A stretch of DNA of 64,000 nucleotides from Octopus sinensis. Taxonomy: Eukaryota. Positions within the stretch are counted from its first letter, which is position 1. Each line of letters opens with the position of its first letter. The notes under the pieces are model-generated. The model was not told the origin of the DNA. It saw nothing but the letters and a program-made list of their open reading frames with translations, and did not search any database. Below are positions 41,229-54,567 of this stretch, in pieces. Made by a program: the position numbers and the translations under genes. The stretch lies in assembly GCF_006345805.1 (NCBI RefSeq), contig NC_043023.1, positions 11,036,001 to 11,100,000 of the forward strand. The letters are read 5' to 3'.

Positions 41229-41986
41229 AAAAAGGCAATAGGTGTAAAACAACATGTAGTAAAAGAATATGAAAAAGAAAATGCGCGATGGCGAAGGGGG
41301 TGCGGGGGAAAGGACACGGAAAAATATTTTTGCTGAATTTGAACGGTCTTTTATGCATGTTTATCTAGAGCTGTGGTTTTCAACCATTTCCTGCTATGGA
41401 CCTCTTTTGGTTAGTATTTTATTTTGATGGACCCCGATTGCCATTCAATGTTTAAAAACTCGTTTTATAGAAACTTCTTTCAAAATTCCTATTTTGTTTT
41501 TTACACATTAACTTGTGTAAGGTGAACTACATAAAATTTTAGATGATTAATTTTTAAAATATGGATTACGTTTGATAAATTATAATTCATTTCTGTAGGA
41601 ATATACTGAAATTTTCACTGTTTTTTCTCTTATTTTAAGATTTTTCTGTATTTTACATTTCAGATCAGATTATCAGAAAGGAATTGTTTACCTCTGTAAC
41701 ATCATCAACACCAGTTGTCTTTTAATGGCTAAAGAAATATGTAATGGAACATATATAACACTTTACATAAGTCTACAGTGAATTATGGTGAAATATTTCT
41801 TTTCAACTGGAATTTATATCAAGATATTTCTTATAAAACTTGGACAAATTTTCAAAGGAGTTTGCAGTATTTTCAGATATTGATAAAGATTGCCAATGTT
41901 GGAAATATAGCAGAAGAAATATTAGAATCAAATGTAACAACAAAAAGTAGAACATATATATTTATTGTGGTGAGAGAATATGAACA

Positions 41987-43678
41987 ATGGAGAATGAATT
42001 ATTAATGACCAAGGTTAGATTTAAATCAGAGTTTAAAAGTATTGAATTTCCTGATGATATAAAGAAAGAGAACACAAAGAGAGAAAGCTTATATCACTGT
42101 GATGTCTGTGGTAAGTCATTCTATAAGAAGTCCAATCTCACAACTCACAAATACATTCATACAGGAGAAAAACCATATCGTTGTGATGTCTGTGGTAAAT
42201 CATTCTCTCAAAATGTTCACTTAATTGGACACAAATACATTCATACAGGAGAGAAACCATATCACTGTGATATCTGTGGGAAATCGTTTTCTCAAAGGTC
42301 TAGTTTAACTAATCACTTATATATTCACACAGGATTAAAACCATATCAGTGTGATATCTGTGGTAAAGCATTCTCTCAAAAGGAACACTTAACCAAACAT
42401 AAACGTATCCATACAGGAGAAAAACCATATCAGTGTGATATCTGCAGCAAATCATTCTCTCAAAGATCTGGATTAACAAACCACTTACTAACACACACAG
42501 GAGTTAAACCATATCACTGTGATATCTGTGGTAAATCTTTTTCTCAAAATGAGCACTTGACTAAACATAGACGTATTCATACAGGAGAAAAACCATATCA
42601 GTGTGATATCTGCAGTAAATCATTTTCTCAAAGATCTAGCTTAACTAACCACATGCATATTCATACAGGAGAAAAACCATATCATTGTGATATCTGCGGT
42701 AAAACCTTCTCTCAGAATGAACAGCTGACCAAACATAAACGTATTCATACAGGAGAGAAACCATATCATTGTGATATCTGCGGTAAAACCTTCTCTCAGA
42801 ATGAACACCTGACCAAACATAAACGTATTCATACAGGAGAGAAATCATATCAGTGTGATATCTGTGGTAAATCATTCTCTGAAAGTGGTTATTTAACTTC
42901 TCATAAACGAATTCATACAGGAGACAGACCGTATCAATGTGATATCTGTGGGAAATCAGTCTCTCAGACAAGTGAATTAACTAAACACAAACGTGTTCAT
43001 ACTGGAGAAAAACCATATTGCTGTGATATCTGTGGTAAATCATTCTCTGTAAGTACTGCCTTGACTAGACACAGACGTATTCATACAGGAGAGAAGCCAT
43101 ATCACTGTGATATCTGCAGTAAATCATTTTGCCAGAGTGGTGAATTAACTATACACAAACGTATTCATACAGGAGAGAAACCATATCATTGCAGTACTTG
43201 TGGTAAATCTTTCTCTCAAGTAAACAGCTTAACTACACACAAACGTATTCACACAGGAGAAAAGCCATATCACTGTGATATCTGTGGTAAATCATTCCCT
43301 CAAAGAAATAACTTGACTATACACAAACGTATTCACACAGGAGAAAAGCCATATCACTGTGATATCTGTGGTAAATCATTCCCTCAAAGAAATAACTTGA
43401 CTATACACAAACGTATTCACACAGGAGAAAAGCCATATCACTGTGATATCTGTGGTAAATCATTCCCTCAAAGAAATAACTTGACTATACACAAACGTAT
43501 TCACACAGGAGAAAAGCCATATCACTGTGATATCTGCAGTAAATCATTTTGCCAGAGTGGTGAATTAACTACACACAAACGTATTCACACAGGAGAAAAG
43601 CCATATCACTGTGATATCTGTGGTAAATCATTTTCTTCAGGAAATCCTTTAAATATTCACAAACGCATACATATGTGA
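41987..43678 (+). CDS. C2H2 zinc-finger protein, 19 tandem fingers
   Basis: 563 aa = 36-aa leader + 18x28 + 23; canonical HTGEKPY linkers; in-frame stop two codons upstream of the ATG. Confidence 0.93.
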   Translation: MENELLMTKVRFKSEFKSIEFPDDIKKENTKRESLYHCDVCGKSFYKKSNLTTHKYIHTGEKPYRCDVCGKSFSQNVHLIGHKYIHTGEKPYHCDICGKSFSQRSSLTNHLYIHTGLKPYQCDICGKAFSQKEHLTKHKRIHTGEKPYQCDICSKSFSQRSGLTNHLLTHTGVKPYHCDICGKSFSQNEHLTKHRRIHTGEKPYQCDICSKSFSQRSSLTNHMHIHTGEKPYHCDICGKTFSQNEQLTKHKRIHTGEKPYHCDICGKTFSQNEHLTKHKRIHTGEKSYQCDICGKSFSESGYLTSHKRIHTGDRPYQCDICGKSVSQTSELTKHKRVHTGEKPYCCDICGKSFSVSTALTRHRRIHTGEKPYHCDICSKSFCQSGELTIHKRIHTGEKPYHCSTCGKSFSQVNSLTTHKRIHTGEKPYHCDICGKSFPQRNNLTIHKRIHTGEKPYHCDICGKSFPQRNNLTIHKRIHTGEKPYHCDICGKSFPQRNNLTIHKRIHTGEKPYHCDICSKSFCQSGELTTHKRIHTGEKPYHCDICGKSFSSGNPLNIHKRIHM

Positions 43679-43922
43679 GGAAGACCATGTTGCTGTGATA
43701 TCATTGGCAAATGATTCTCTTCAAGAAGTCACTCAACTACACACATTTTTATTCCTATGAAAAAGTAATTGTTTTAACATTGACCCTTTAGCATTCGAGC
43801 CTGCTGTGTCAGGCCAAAGTATTTAACCAATTTTATGTGAAACTGGCCAGATCTGGCTTCTAACTAAACCCCTTCAATGTCATTCTAAATGTAAACAATC
43901 ACATCATCAAAATCCCAACAAT

Positions 43923-44520
43923 CATCATCATCATCATTGTCGTTTAACGTCCGCTTTCCATGCTAGCATGGGTTGGACAATTTGACTGAGGTCTGGCAAA
44001 CCAGATGGCTGCACCAGACTCCAGTCTGATCTGGCAGAGTTTCTACAGCTGGATGCCCTTCCTAATGCCAACCACTCCGAGAGTGTAGTGGGTGATTTAA
44101 CGTGCCACCGGCACGAGGGCCAGTCTGGTAGTACTGGCAACAGCCACACTCAATGGTGCTTTTTTTTATGTGCCACCTGCACACCGGCACAAGTGCCAGT
44201 AAGGCGACACTGGTAACGATCACACTCAAATGGTGCTTTTTACATGCCTCCAGCACAAACGCCATTTAGCCGCTCTGGCAACAATCACGCTCATATGGTA
44301 CTCTTAGCACTCCACTAGCATGGATGCCAGGAGAGGCTGGTAATGGCCATGATCGGTTGGTGCTTTTCATGTGCCACCGGTACAGAAGCCAGTCAAGGCG
44401 GTGCTGGCATCGGCCACATTCAGATGGTGCTTTTTACGTGCCACCAGCACGGGTATTACAACTACAATTTCCATTTGGTTTTTATTTGATGTTGATGTAC
44501 TTGACTCAGTAGGTCTCCTC
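43923..44520 (-). mobile_element. RTE 3'UTR/VNTR element, older copy
   Basis: (CAT)n tail on the + strand, terminal domain and diverged GGCAC units. Confidence 0.75.
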
Positions 44521-45418
44521 AAGCACAGCAGGTCGCAAACTGGCCATATTAAACCAAATATTCAACTCATTTTATTTTCAGACAAACCAGATCCAGCCTC
44601 TTGCACCTACCCTACAATGTCATTCTAAAACTAAGCTATCACATCATTGAAATCTGTAAACTACAAAATAATGTATGATTAATTGACAACAATATAAATA
44701 AATAAACATTACATTTGACAAATTAATGTGAATCTAAAACGATTAAAGTTTGAATTATGGTAATTACCTTGTAACAAACATATTCTTTTTGTTTTTACTC
44801 TTTTACTTGTTTCACTCATATGACTGCGGCCATGCTGGAGCAACGCCTTTAGTCGAGCAAATCGAACCCAGGACTTATCCTTTGTAAGCCTAGTACTTAT
44901 TCTATCGGTGTCTTTAGCTGAACCGCTAAGTTATAGGGACGTAACACACCAGCATCGGTTGTCAAGAGATGTTGGGGGGACAAACACAGACACACAAACA
45001 TATACACACATACATCATCATCATCATTTAACATCTGCTTTCTATGCCAGCAATGGGCTGGATGATTTGACTGAGGACTGGTGAGCCAAAAGGCTGCACC
45101 AGGCTCCAATCTGATCTGGCAGAGTTTCTACAGCTGGATGCCCTTCCTAATGCCAACCACTCCGAGAGTGTAATGGTTGCTTTTACGTGCTACTGCACCA
45201 GGGCCAGGGCTTCTTTCAGTTTCCATCTACCAAATCCACTCACAAGGCTTTTGTCAGCCCAAGGCTATAGTAGAAGACACTTGCCCAAGGTGCCACACAG
45301 TGGGACTGAACCTGGAACCATATCATTGGGAAACAAGCTTCTTACCACACAGCCACTCCTATACCTATGTTTAATTTTTGTGGAGTAAATTAATTTTTCT
45401 ACTCTAACCATGTGCCTT

Positions 45419-45459
<41 letters not shown>

Positions 45460-45477
45460 TGTTTGTTCCTTCTCGAG

Positions 45478-45760
45478 CCATGCTTGGCTCATAAGGGCCA
45501 GTTTCCCAGTTTCTTGGCGTATAGGTCCCCACCTTGATGGGACGCCGGTCCAAAGCAGGTGAGCTGCAAGATGCAGGAGGAAAGAGTGAGAGAAAGTTGT
45601 GGTGAAAGAGTCAGCAGAAGTTCATCATTACCTTCTTCCGGAGCCGCGTGGAGCTTAGGTATTTCGCTCATAAACACACACATCGCCCGGGCTGAGATTC
45701 AAACCCACGATCCCTCGACCGCGAGTCCGCTGCTCTAACCACTAAGCCATGTGCCTCCAC
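45478..45760 (-). mobile_element. SINE family 3 (tRNA-Arg-like head)
   Basis: Reverse complement of gtggaggcacatggcttagtggttagagcagcggactcgcggtcg; homologous to 59520-59902. Confidence 0.75.
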
Positions 45761-45889
45761 ATTTTCATCCTTTAGGGGTCAATAAAATGAGTATCAGTTG
45801 AGCACTGGGATTGATGCAATCATCTTACCCCAACCTCCCGACATTGCTGGCATTGTGCGAAAATTTAAAATCAATATATACTCACTATG

Positions 45890-47990
45890 ACAGTGGCAAG
45901 CTGGCAGAATTGTTAGCACACTGGGCAAAATTTCATCCATCCTTATGTTCTGAGTTCATACAAAGGTAGAATGCTTGTCATGTATATTGATGTGGGTTCA
46001 AGCCCCACATGCAGCTTTTGACTTTTTCAACCCAATATCTACATGTTTATCATTACATTCTGAGTTCAAACTCCACTGAGATCAACTTCGCCTTTCATCC
46101 TTTCAGCATCAATAAAATAAGGACCAGTTAAGGACTGGGGTCGATGTAATCAATTTATGCCCCTGCCCTGAAATTACTGGCCTTGTGCCACAATTTGAAA
46201 CCAATATTTGCATGCTATGAAGATGACAAGCTGGCAGAAACGTTAGCACACTGGGCGAAATGCTTAACGGTATTTCATCCGCCGCTACATTCTGAGTTCA
46301 AATTCCACCGAGGTCGACTTTGCTTTTCATCCTTTCAGGGTCAATTAAATAAGTACCAGTTATGCACTGGGGTCGATATAATCGACTTAATCTGTTTGCC
46401 TGTCCTTGTTTGTCCTCTCTGTGTTTAGCCCCTCGGGGGTAATAAAGAAATAGATATAGGTATTTCGTCTGCCGCTACATTCTGAGTTTAAATTCCGCCG
46501 AGGTCGAGTTTGCTTTCATCCTTTCGATAAATTAAGTACCAGTTACACACTGGGGTGGATGTAATCAACTTAATCCCTTTGTCTGTCCTTGTTTGTCCCC
46601 TTTGTGTTTAGCCCCTTGTGGGCAATAAAAAAATTAAGAAATGTTAGCGCAGGAATGGCTGTGTGGTAAGTAGCTTGCTTACCAACCACATGGTTCTGGG
46701 TTCAGTCCTACTGTGTGGAATCTTGGGCAAGTGTCTTCTGCTATAACCTCGGGCCGACCAATGCCTTGTGAGTGGATTTGGTAGACGGAAACTGAAAGAA
46801 GCCTGTCGTATATATGTATATGTGTGTAATGTTTATGCGTCTGTGTTAGTCTCCCCAACATCGCTAAGTGACTTGGACATAAACACACCAGCATCGGTTG
46901 TCAAGCGATGTTGGGGGGACTAACACAGACACACAAACATTACACACACATACATATATACGACAGGCTTCTTTCAGTTTCCGTCTACCAAATCCACTCA
47001 CAAGGCATTGATCGGCTCGGGGCTATAGTAGAAGATACTTGCCCAAGGTGCCACGCAGTGGGACTGAACCCGGAACCATGTGGTTGGTAAACAAGCTACT
47101 TACCACACAGCCACTCCTGCACCTTAATACTGCATTAATATTCCTTGCCTTTTTTGTTGTGTTGTTGCCTTTATTGCACTCATAAATTAAAATATGCTGA
47201 ATATCCTCTTTTGAAAAAAATAATTGTTAAAATCGAACTGCACTCTATAAAATTTGCATTGAGGATAAATACAAGGCAAAGTTACTACCTGCTTTTATAG
47301 CAAGCTGATGCAGGTAGTTTATCCTATACCCCTCTGCAATGGAAAAATCTGCATCATATATGGTATGACTCCATATATATATATATATCATCATCATCAT
47401 CATCGTTTAATGTCCACTTTCCATGCTAACATGGGTTGGATGGTTCGACCAGGGTTTGGGAAGCCAGGTGGCTGCACCAGACTCCAGTCTGATCTGGCAA
47501 TGTTTCAACAGCTGGATGCCCTTCCTAACGCCAACAACTCCATGAGTGTAGTGGATGCTTTTTACATGCCACCAGCACATGAGCCAAAGGATATATATAT
47601 ATATATACTCATTCACTTGTTTCAATCATTTGACTGATACCATGCTGGAGCACCACCTTTAGTTGAGCAAATCGACCTCCAGGACTTACTCTTTGTAAGC
47701 CTAATACTTATTCTATCGGTCTCTTTTGCCGACCCGCTAAGTTACGAGGATGTAAACACATCAACATTGGTTGTCAAGCGATATTGGGGAAACAAACACA
47801 CACACACGCATACATATATATATACATATACACGACAGGCTTCTTTCAGTTTCCATCTACCAAATCCACTCATAAGGCTTTGGTCAGCCCGAGTCTATAG
47901 TAGAAGACTGTTACCCAAGTGCCACGCAGTGGGACTGAACCTGGAACTGTGTGGTTGGTTAGCAAGCTACTTACCGCACAGCCACTTCCA
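45890..47990. mobile_element. Cluster of nested family 1 and family 2 SINEs and an RTE tail
   Basis: Multiple recognisable heads and bodies in both orientations. Confidence 0.7.
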
Positions 47991-47996
47991 TATATA

Positions 47997-48514
47997 TCTC
48001 TCTATATATAAACGGCAGTTTGTCTGTCTGTGTTCTGTCAGGTTGTACCCTCACCCTAACCACAGCTTTCAACCGATTCTGATGAAACTTGACACACACA
48101 TAGCCCAATGTCATAATTCAAAACTAACGCAGTGAAAATTTTGAAAAGTTCCACCAGTTCTGAAAAAACCGATAAATTCGACATGGGGTCGAGAATCTAA
48201 GCTTTTTATATCAAACACATTTTCTGTTGTAGTTTTCGCAACTTGCAATCGATTTTCACCAAACTCATGGTGAAGCTTAATGTTACCCTAAGAAACTTAA
48301 TTCTAACGTTAGTTTTCCATGCAATACCTTACCATCGGAAAAAATCGATAAAATCATGCCATTTTGGGAAATCGCATTCAAATTCAAGATGACATATTTT
48401 CAACAATATCTTTCACAATTTGGCAGGAAATTAGAGGGAAAGGACTGGATTGGGATTAATCGTTGCCTACTAGGGGCTCTTACATACCCGGGCAACGCTG
48501 GGCTATGCTACTAG
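47997..48514 (+). mobile_element. Non-autonomous Helitron-like element
   Basis: 5' TC(tc)tatatataaac start; 3' GC hairpin cccgggcaacgctggg followed by CTAG|T. Confidence 0.65.
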
Positions 48515-49006
48515 TATATATATAAATGCGGTTTCAGTTTCCATTTACCAAATCCATTCACAAGGCTTTGGTTAGCCCAAGGCTATAAATAGAAGACATT
48601 TGCCCAAGGTGCCACGCAGTGGGACTGAACCCAGAACCGTGTGGTTGGGAGTCAGGCTTCGGAGCAAGAATGGCCTTCAACCATTTCTATGATATGAAAT
48701 GCAAAGGTTGTATTGCCCAAGCTAGGATGCTGTTAAATGTTTTAATCTTTTCTGTTTTCCTCTGTTATCTCGGTGCGGTACGGTGGATAAATTTAAGACT
48801 TTAGCTCTTATTTCTAGCAAGTGGATGCTTGTTTAAGCATCCTAACACTTCGTACAAATTTATAATTCATAGCTATTTAATGCTATTGCACCTGCGATCC
48901 ACCTATGTCACTGCTGGTGATATCATCAATTTTAAAATTTATCCACAGATTATATGAACAGTAGCGACATCTGATTTCAAATCTCAGTATTTGAATGTTT
49001 TGCTTA

Positions 49007-49044
<38 letters not shown>

Positions 49045-49076
49045 CATACAAATATATATATATATATACATACAAA

Positions 49077-49114
<38 letters not shown>

Positions 49115-49624
49115 CATACATACATACATATATATATAAACAAAGGACCCCCACTGATGCGGTCACAGGAGTGTAACGAAAGAACTCTGGCCGAAATAAG
49201 ATTAAGATTAATGTAAAAAATGAATAACACTGAAGCAAAATAACACCAAATATATAGTGCGTGTGTTTTTAGTGGCTAAACTGGCAACATGACCATTCCG
49301 AAATATAACAATATATATATATATATTTGTGTGTGTGTGTGTATGCATGTATATATACGAAGTGTTGAAAAGTTCCTGGTTTTGAATAAAAGAAAATACA
49401 AGACAAATCCATTAATTATTATTTTATTCAACATATTCCCCTCTCAGCTTCACACACAGTTTCACATAAAATTGGTTAAATATTTTGGCCTGACACAGCA
49501 GGCTCGAATGCTAAAGGGTTAAATGTTAAAACAATTACTTTTTCATCGGAATAAAAATGTGTGTAGTTGAGTGACTTCTTGAAGAGAATCATTTGCCAAT
49601 GATATCACAGCAACATGGTCTTCC

Positions 49625-50896
49625 TCACATATGTATGCGTTTGTGAATATTTAAAGGATTTCCTGAAGAAAATGATTTACCACAGATATCACAGTGATAT
49701 GGCTTTTCTCCTGTGTGAATACGTTTGTGTATAGTTAAGCTGTTTACTTGAGAGAAAGATTTACCACAAGTACTGCAATGATATGGTTTCTCTCCTGTAT
49801 GAATACGTTTGTGTATAGTTAATTCACCACTCTGGCAAAATGATTTACTGCAGATATCACAGTGATATGGCTTCTCTCCTGTATGAATACGTCTGTGTCT
49901 AGTTAAGGCACTACTTACAGAGAATGATTTACCACAGATATCACAGCAATATGGTTTTTCTCCAGTATGAACACGTTTGTGTTTAGTTAATTCACTTGTC
50001 TGAGCGACTGATTTCCCACAGATATCACATTGATACGGTCTGTCTCCTGTATGAATGCGTTTATGAGAAGTTAAGTGACCACTTTCAGAGAATGATTTAC
50101 CACAGATATCACACTGATATGGTTTCTCTCCTGTATGAATACGTTTATGTTTGGTCAGGTGTTCATTCTGAGAGAAGGTTTTACCGCAGATATCACAATG
50201 ATATGGTTTTCCTCCTGTATGAATATGCATGTGGTTATTTAAGCCAGATCTTTGAGAAAATGATTTACTGCAGATATCACACTGATATGGTTTTTCTCCT
50301 GTATGAATACGTCTATGTTTAGTCAAGTGCTCATTTTGAGAAAAAGATTTACCACAGATATCACAGTGATATGGTTTAACTCCTGTGTGTGTTAGTAAGT
50401 GGTTTGTTAATCCAGATCTTTGAGAGAATGATTTGCTGCAGATATCACACTGATATGGTTTTTCTCCTGTATGGATACGTTTATGTTTGGTTAAGTGTTC
50501 CTTTTGAGAGAATGCTTTACCACAGATATCACACTGATATGGTTTTAGCCCTGTGTGAATATATAAGTGATTAGTTAAAGTAGACCTCTGAGAAAACGAT
50601 TTCCCACAGATATCACAGTGATATGGTTTCTCTCCTGTATGAATGTATTTGTGTCCAATTAAGTGAACATTTTGAGAGAATGATTTACCACAGACATCAC
50701 AACGATATGGTTTTTCTCCTGTATGAATGTATTTGTGAGTAGTGAGATTAGACTTCTTATAGAATGACTTACCACAGACATCACAGTGATATAAGCTTTC
50801 TCTCTTTGTGTTGTCTTTCTTTATATCATCAGGAAATTCAATACTTTTAAACTGTGATTTAAATCTAACCTTGGTCACTAATAATTCATTCTCCAT
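49625..50896 (-). CDS. C2H2 zinc-finger protein, 14 fingers; inverted paralog of 41987-43678
   Basis: 423 aa = 36 + 13x28 + 23; leader and first fingers nearly identical to the + strand gene. Confidence 0.93.
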   Translation of the reverse strand: MENELLVTKVRFKSQFKSIEFPDDIKKDNTKRESLYHCDVCGKSFYKKSNLTTHKYIHTGEKPYRCDVCGKSFSQNVHLIGHKYIHTGEKPYHCDICGKSFSQRSTLTNHLYIHTGLKPYQCDICGKAFSQKEHLTKHKRIHTGEKPYQCDICSKSFSQRSGLTNHLLTHTGVKPYHCDICGKSFSQNEHLTKHRRIHTGEKPYQCDICSKSFSQRSGLNNHMHIHTGGKPYHCDICGKTFSQNEHLTKHKRIHTGEKPYQCDICGKSFSESGHLTSHKRIHTGDRPYQCDICGKSVAQTSELTKHKRVHTGEKPYCCDICGKSFSVSSALTRHRRIHTGEKPYHCDICSKSFCQSGELTIHKRIHTGEKPYHCSTCGKSFSQVNSLTIHKRIHTGEKPYHCDICGKSFSSGNPLNIHKRIHM

Positions 50897-51324
50897 TGTT
50901 CATATTCTCTCACCACAATAAATATATATGTTCTACTTTTTGTTGTTACATTTGATTCTAATATTTCTTCTTCTAGATTTCCAACATTGGCAATCTTTCT
51001 CAATATCTGAAAATACTGCAAACTCCTTTGAAAATTTGTCAAGTTTTATAAGAAATATCTTGATATAAATTTCAGTTGAAAAGAAATATTTCACCATAAT
51101 TCACTGTAGACTTATGTAAAGTGTTATATATGTTCCATTACATTTTTCTTTAGCCATTAAAAGACAACTGGTGTTGATGATGTTACAGAGGTAAACAATT
51201 CTTTTCTGATAATCTGATCTGAAATGTAAAATATAGAAAAATTTTTTAATTAGAGAAAAAACAGTGAAAATTTCAGTGTATTCCTATAAAGATGAATTAT
51301 AATTTATCAAATGTAATCCATATT

Positions 51325-52613
51325 GAGGTGGAAGACACGGCATGGCTTAGAAAGAAGGATCACCACAACCACATCAATGTGGCCGAAATGGATGCTGTAT
51401 TGAATGGTGTCAACCTAGCATTGAGATGAGGACTGCAAACTGTTGAGATCCAGATTGATTCTGCCTCAGTGGTCACCAACTGGAAGAGGATTTGTATGAA
51501 AGGGGCCATGGAAATGGTGATCAAGCATTGTCTGGGAATCCTGAAGGAGCTAACTGCCAAGTTCACCCTAGAACTGCATGCAGTGTCTGTGCCCTCAGAA
51601 AAGAATAAGGCAGATGTTCTAACCAGAGTGAAAAAGAATTGGTTGGGAACAGGAGAGGATGTTCTGGGTGGCAGCGGTTTGTTGGTTGGAGGGCACAGAA
51701 TTAAGGAGGCTGCACAGTATGTGGAACTGTGACAGGTGCCAATTGGCTGATCCTGCCCCGGACACACTTGAACCAGGAAACATTCAGATAGAGGAAGAAT
51801 GGAAGGGGCTGGCTATTGATGCGACACGCTATCGGGGAATGGTGTACCTTTCAATGGTCGACTGTGGACCGGGACGAATGACTATATGGAGAAAAATTAG
51901 GGTGGAGACTGCTGTCAACGTCACAGAGGTCCTGTATGCGGTGTTTTTGGAAAGGGGGCTGGTAGACAAGCTATTGATGGATAACAGCTCAGTTTTTTGC
52001 TCAGAGCTGCTGAGAGAGATGCTTGGAAGATGGAGTATGGGAAAACTTATTCAGAGCTGTATGCAGGCCAGGTAGAATTGGGATTGTGGAGCGGTACCAC
52101 TGTACGATTTAAGCCATGGCTGAGAAGGGATGAATCTCCCCTATAGGGGCAGTCTTCTTGTATGATATGTTGCCCAGGGTAGGACAAGCCAAAGAGTCGG
52201 TCCTGCACAGGGCTGTAATCCGATACAAATGGAGACACCCGAGCATGGTGCCACAGCGGCACAATCATGGTGCAGCACCCTGAATAATGTGTCAATGGAT
52301 GTCTTAGATATTCGAAGGGTGATTAGGTCTTCCGATGACGAAGGGTAGGGAAAAGGCGACTCCGAGACCCTACGGAGATCTCTAAGGGAACGTTCCCAGC
52401 CCCAGGTAGATGGATGATTACAAGACAGAACAAGGAGCAGTGATCGTTAGATCGGGGTAGGGTGGGGGGCATGTGGTGGAAGGAAGAATGGAAGCGTCGA
52501 GAGATGACGGCAGCGAGTGAGAAGAAAAATTTTCCCCTGCGTTTGGTTTTTTCCTGGGGATGCGAGCTGTGACAGACGCCAGTGGTGAAGATACTAAGGT
52601 CGTATTTAACACA
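51325..52613 (+). mobile_element. Degenerate Ty3/Gypsy-type LTR retrotransposon fragment (RNase H, integrase, possible PPT and 3' LTR)
   Basis: HINVAEMDAVLNGVNLAL..IDSASV (RNase H-like); CDRCQ, LAIDATRY..YLSMVDCG, LLMDNS..F and GIVER-like integrase motifs with stops and frameshifts; purine tract 52454-52469 followed by TG at 52472. Confidence 0.75.
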
Positions 52614-52647
52614 GGTGAAGAATTGATCAACCTGTCGGCGGTACCTG

Positions 52648-53045
52648 AGGAGGCGAGTTGGCAGAAACATTAGCACGCCGGGCGAATTGCGTAGCCGTAT
52701 TTCGTCTGCTGTTACGTTCTGAGTTCAAATTCCGCCGAGGTCAACTTTGCCTTTTATCCTTTCGTGGTGGATAAATTAAGTACCAGTTTCACACTGGGGT
52801 CGATGTAATCGACTTAATTCCTTTGTCTGTCCTTGTTTGTCCTCTCTGTGTTTAGCCTCTTGTGGGTAGTAAAGAAATAGGTATTTCGTCTGACGCTACG
52901 TTTTGAGTTCAAATTCCGCTGAGGTTGACTTTGCCTTTCGTCATTTCAGGGTCGATTAAATAAGTACCAGTTACACACTGGGGTCAATATAATCGACTTA
53001 GTCCATTTGTCTGTCCTTGTTTGTCCCCTCCGTGTGTAGCCCCTT
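52648..53045 (+). mobile_element. SINE family 1 dimer
   Basis: Head at 52650; aaataggtatttcgtc junction at ~52880. Confidence 0.85.
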
Positions 53046-53820
53046 GAGTTTAATACGCAGGGGATTTTTAGGGGGCTGTACCACTGAAAAACCTAAACCT
53101 TGTGTATAATATGCACCCCTTCTCTAACCTGAGTCAAGGTCTATATAATGTCCTTGGTTTGTAAAAATGTATACGGTAACGTCATTTATTATTATTGTAT
53201 ATATATAACATAATGCAAACGTGTAGCTTTTTTGTGCATTTTGTTTGCAGAAAATAAAGAAATAACAGTAATAACGTTTAAGAAAGATTTTTAGGGGGCT
53301 GTACCTCTGAAAAACCTAAACCTTTATAAGGTCCTTGGTTTGTAAAACTGTATACGGTAAGGTCCTTTATTATTATTGTATATATAACATAATGCAAACG
53401 TGTAGCTTTTTTGTGCATTTTGTTTGCAGAAAATAAAGAAATAACAGTAATAACGTTTAATAAATGTTGCTTACTGCAAGTTATGGATGATTCTTTTACG
53501 ACTTCATTGCTTTCAGGCTTAGCTTAAGGTATTTTCGCTCCAGACATCACAAAATGTGTCTGCATAAACATTGCCGGACAGCAAATAGAGACTCGGACAT
53601 TGCTTAGGAAATAATTTTCATTTTTAACCTCGTATATAGTACGCACTAGGGATTTTGATCTTTAAATTTTTGGAAAAAAATGCGGATTATACTCGAAGAT
53701 TTACGGTGTATATATATATATATATATAGTTGAATAAGGGTAGAAATTGATATTAATCAATTAAAACCAGTGGCCTAGCATATTAAAAAAATCCGAAGAT
53801 TAAAATATTTTTTACATACA

Positions 53821-53985
53821 AAATTTAAAGGACTGACAACTAAAAGTGGACGGTCAATATGCTAGATATAGATGTGAATGTGCTGAGTTTTCTCTTGAGA
53901 ACACATTCTTGGTGGAAAATAGCGATTTTGACGTCTATATCTAGCATATTGACCGTCCACTTTTAGTGGTCAGTCCTTTAAATTT
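53821..53985. mobile_element. Hairpin MITE (inverted paralog at 62185-62349)
   Basis: aaatttaaaggactgac..tagatataga and its reverse complement; ~52-bp arms. Confidence 0.8.
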
Positions 53986-54567
53986 CATATATATACATAT
54001 ATATATATGTGATGTATATATATACATATATATATGTATGTGTGCGCACCGAATTTTATTCATGATATAATTGTAATCTACACCACCTGAAAATTTCATT
54101 TAAAAATATTCATTTCACTCTAAGTTATGAGAAAGCAAAGACAGGTGTGCAGTAGTTTTGCAGGTAGGCCTGTTTAATTACAATTAATTACATTTGAGGA
54201 TAGACAATAAAAAAACTCGGGAACTTTCACGTGTGACAGGAAATTTCAATTAACCCATATTCACAGAAATTTACTAAAAATAAAATATATGTTATATTTT
54301 ACCTGTTATAATATATAACTCAGTGTTTCGTGAGAAATGTGATTATATTACACCAAAGTGCAATTAACTGGAGATTAAAGTCACAACAAAATATTGGGGA
54401 AAAGTAAAAATCGACTGGGAACAAACGAAACGTACTAAATATCCGAAAGTTGTCACCTGGTATGTCTTAGCCTTCATTTGAATATTCTGTGGTGTCTGGG
54501 GAGAATATCTTTATTGTGATCATGGTGATCTTACATAAAATGGGACAATACAGGACAAACAAAAGAC

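Noticed and set aside
41778-42005. 75-aa upstream ORF overlapping the ZNF start
   Set aside because: Non-ATG start, AT-rich composition, and no equivalent ORF called in the inverted paralog.
42309-42971. Antisense and alternate-frame ORFs over the ZNF genes (also 592-1395, 49996-50574)
   Set aside because: Shadow ORFs of the periodic 84-bp finger repeat; no independent protein features.
51360-52676. Minus-strand ORFs over the LTR fragment
   Set aside because: They are antisense to the RNase H/integrase-like frames and have no motifs of their own.
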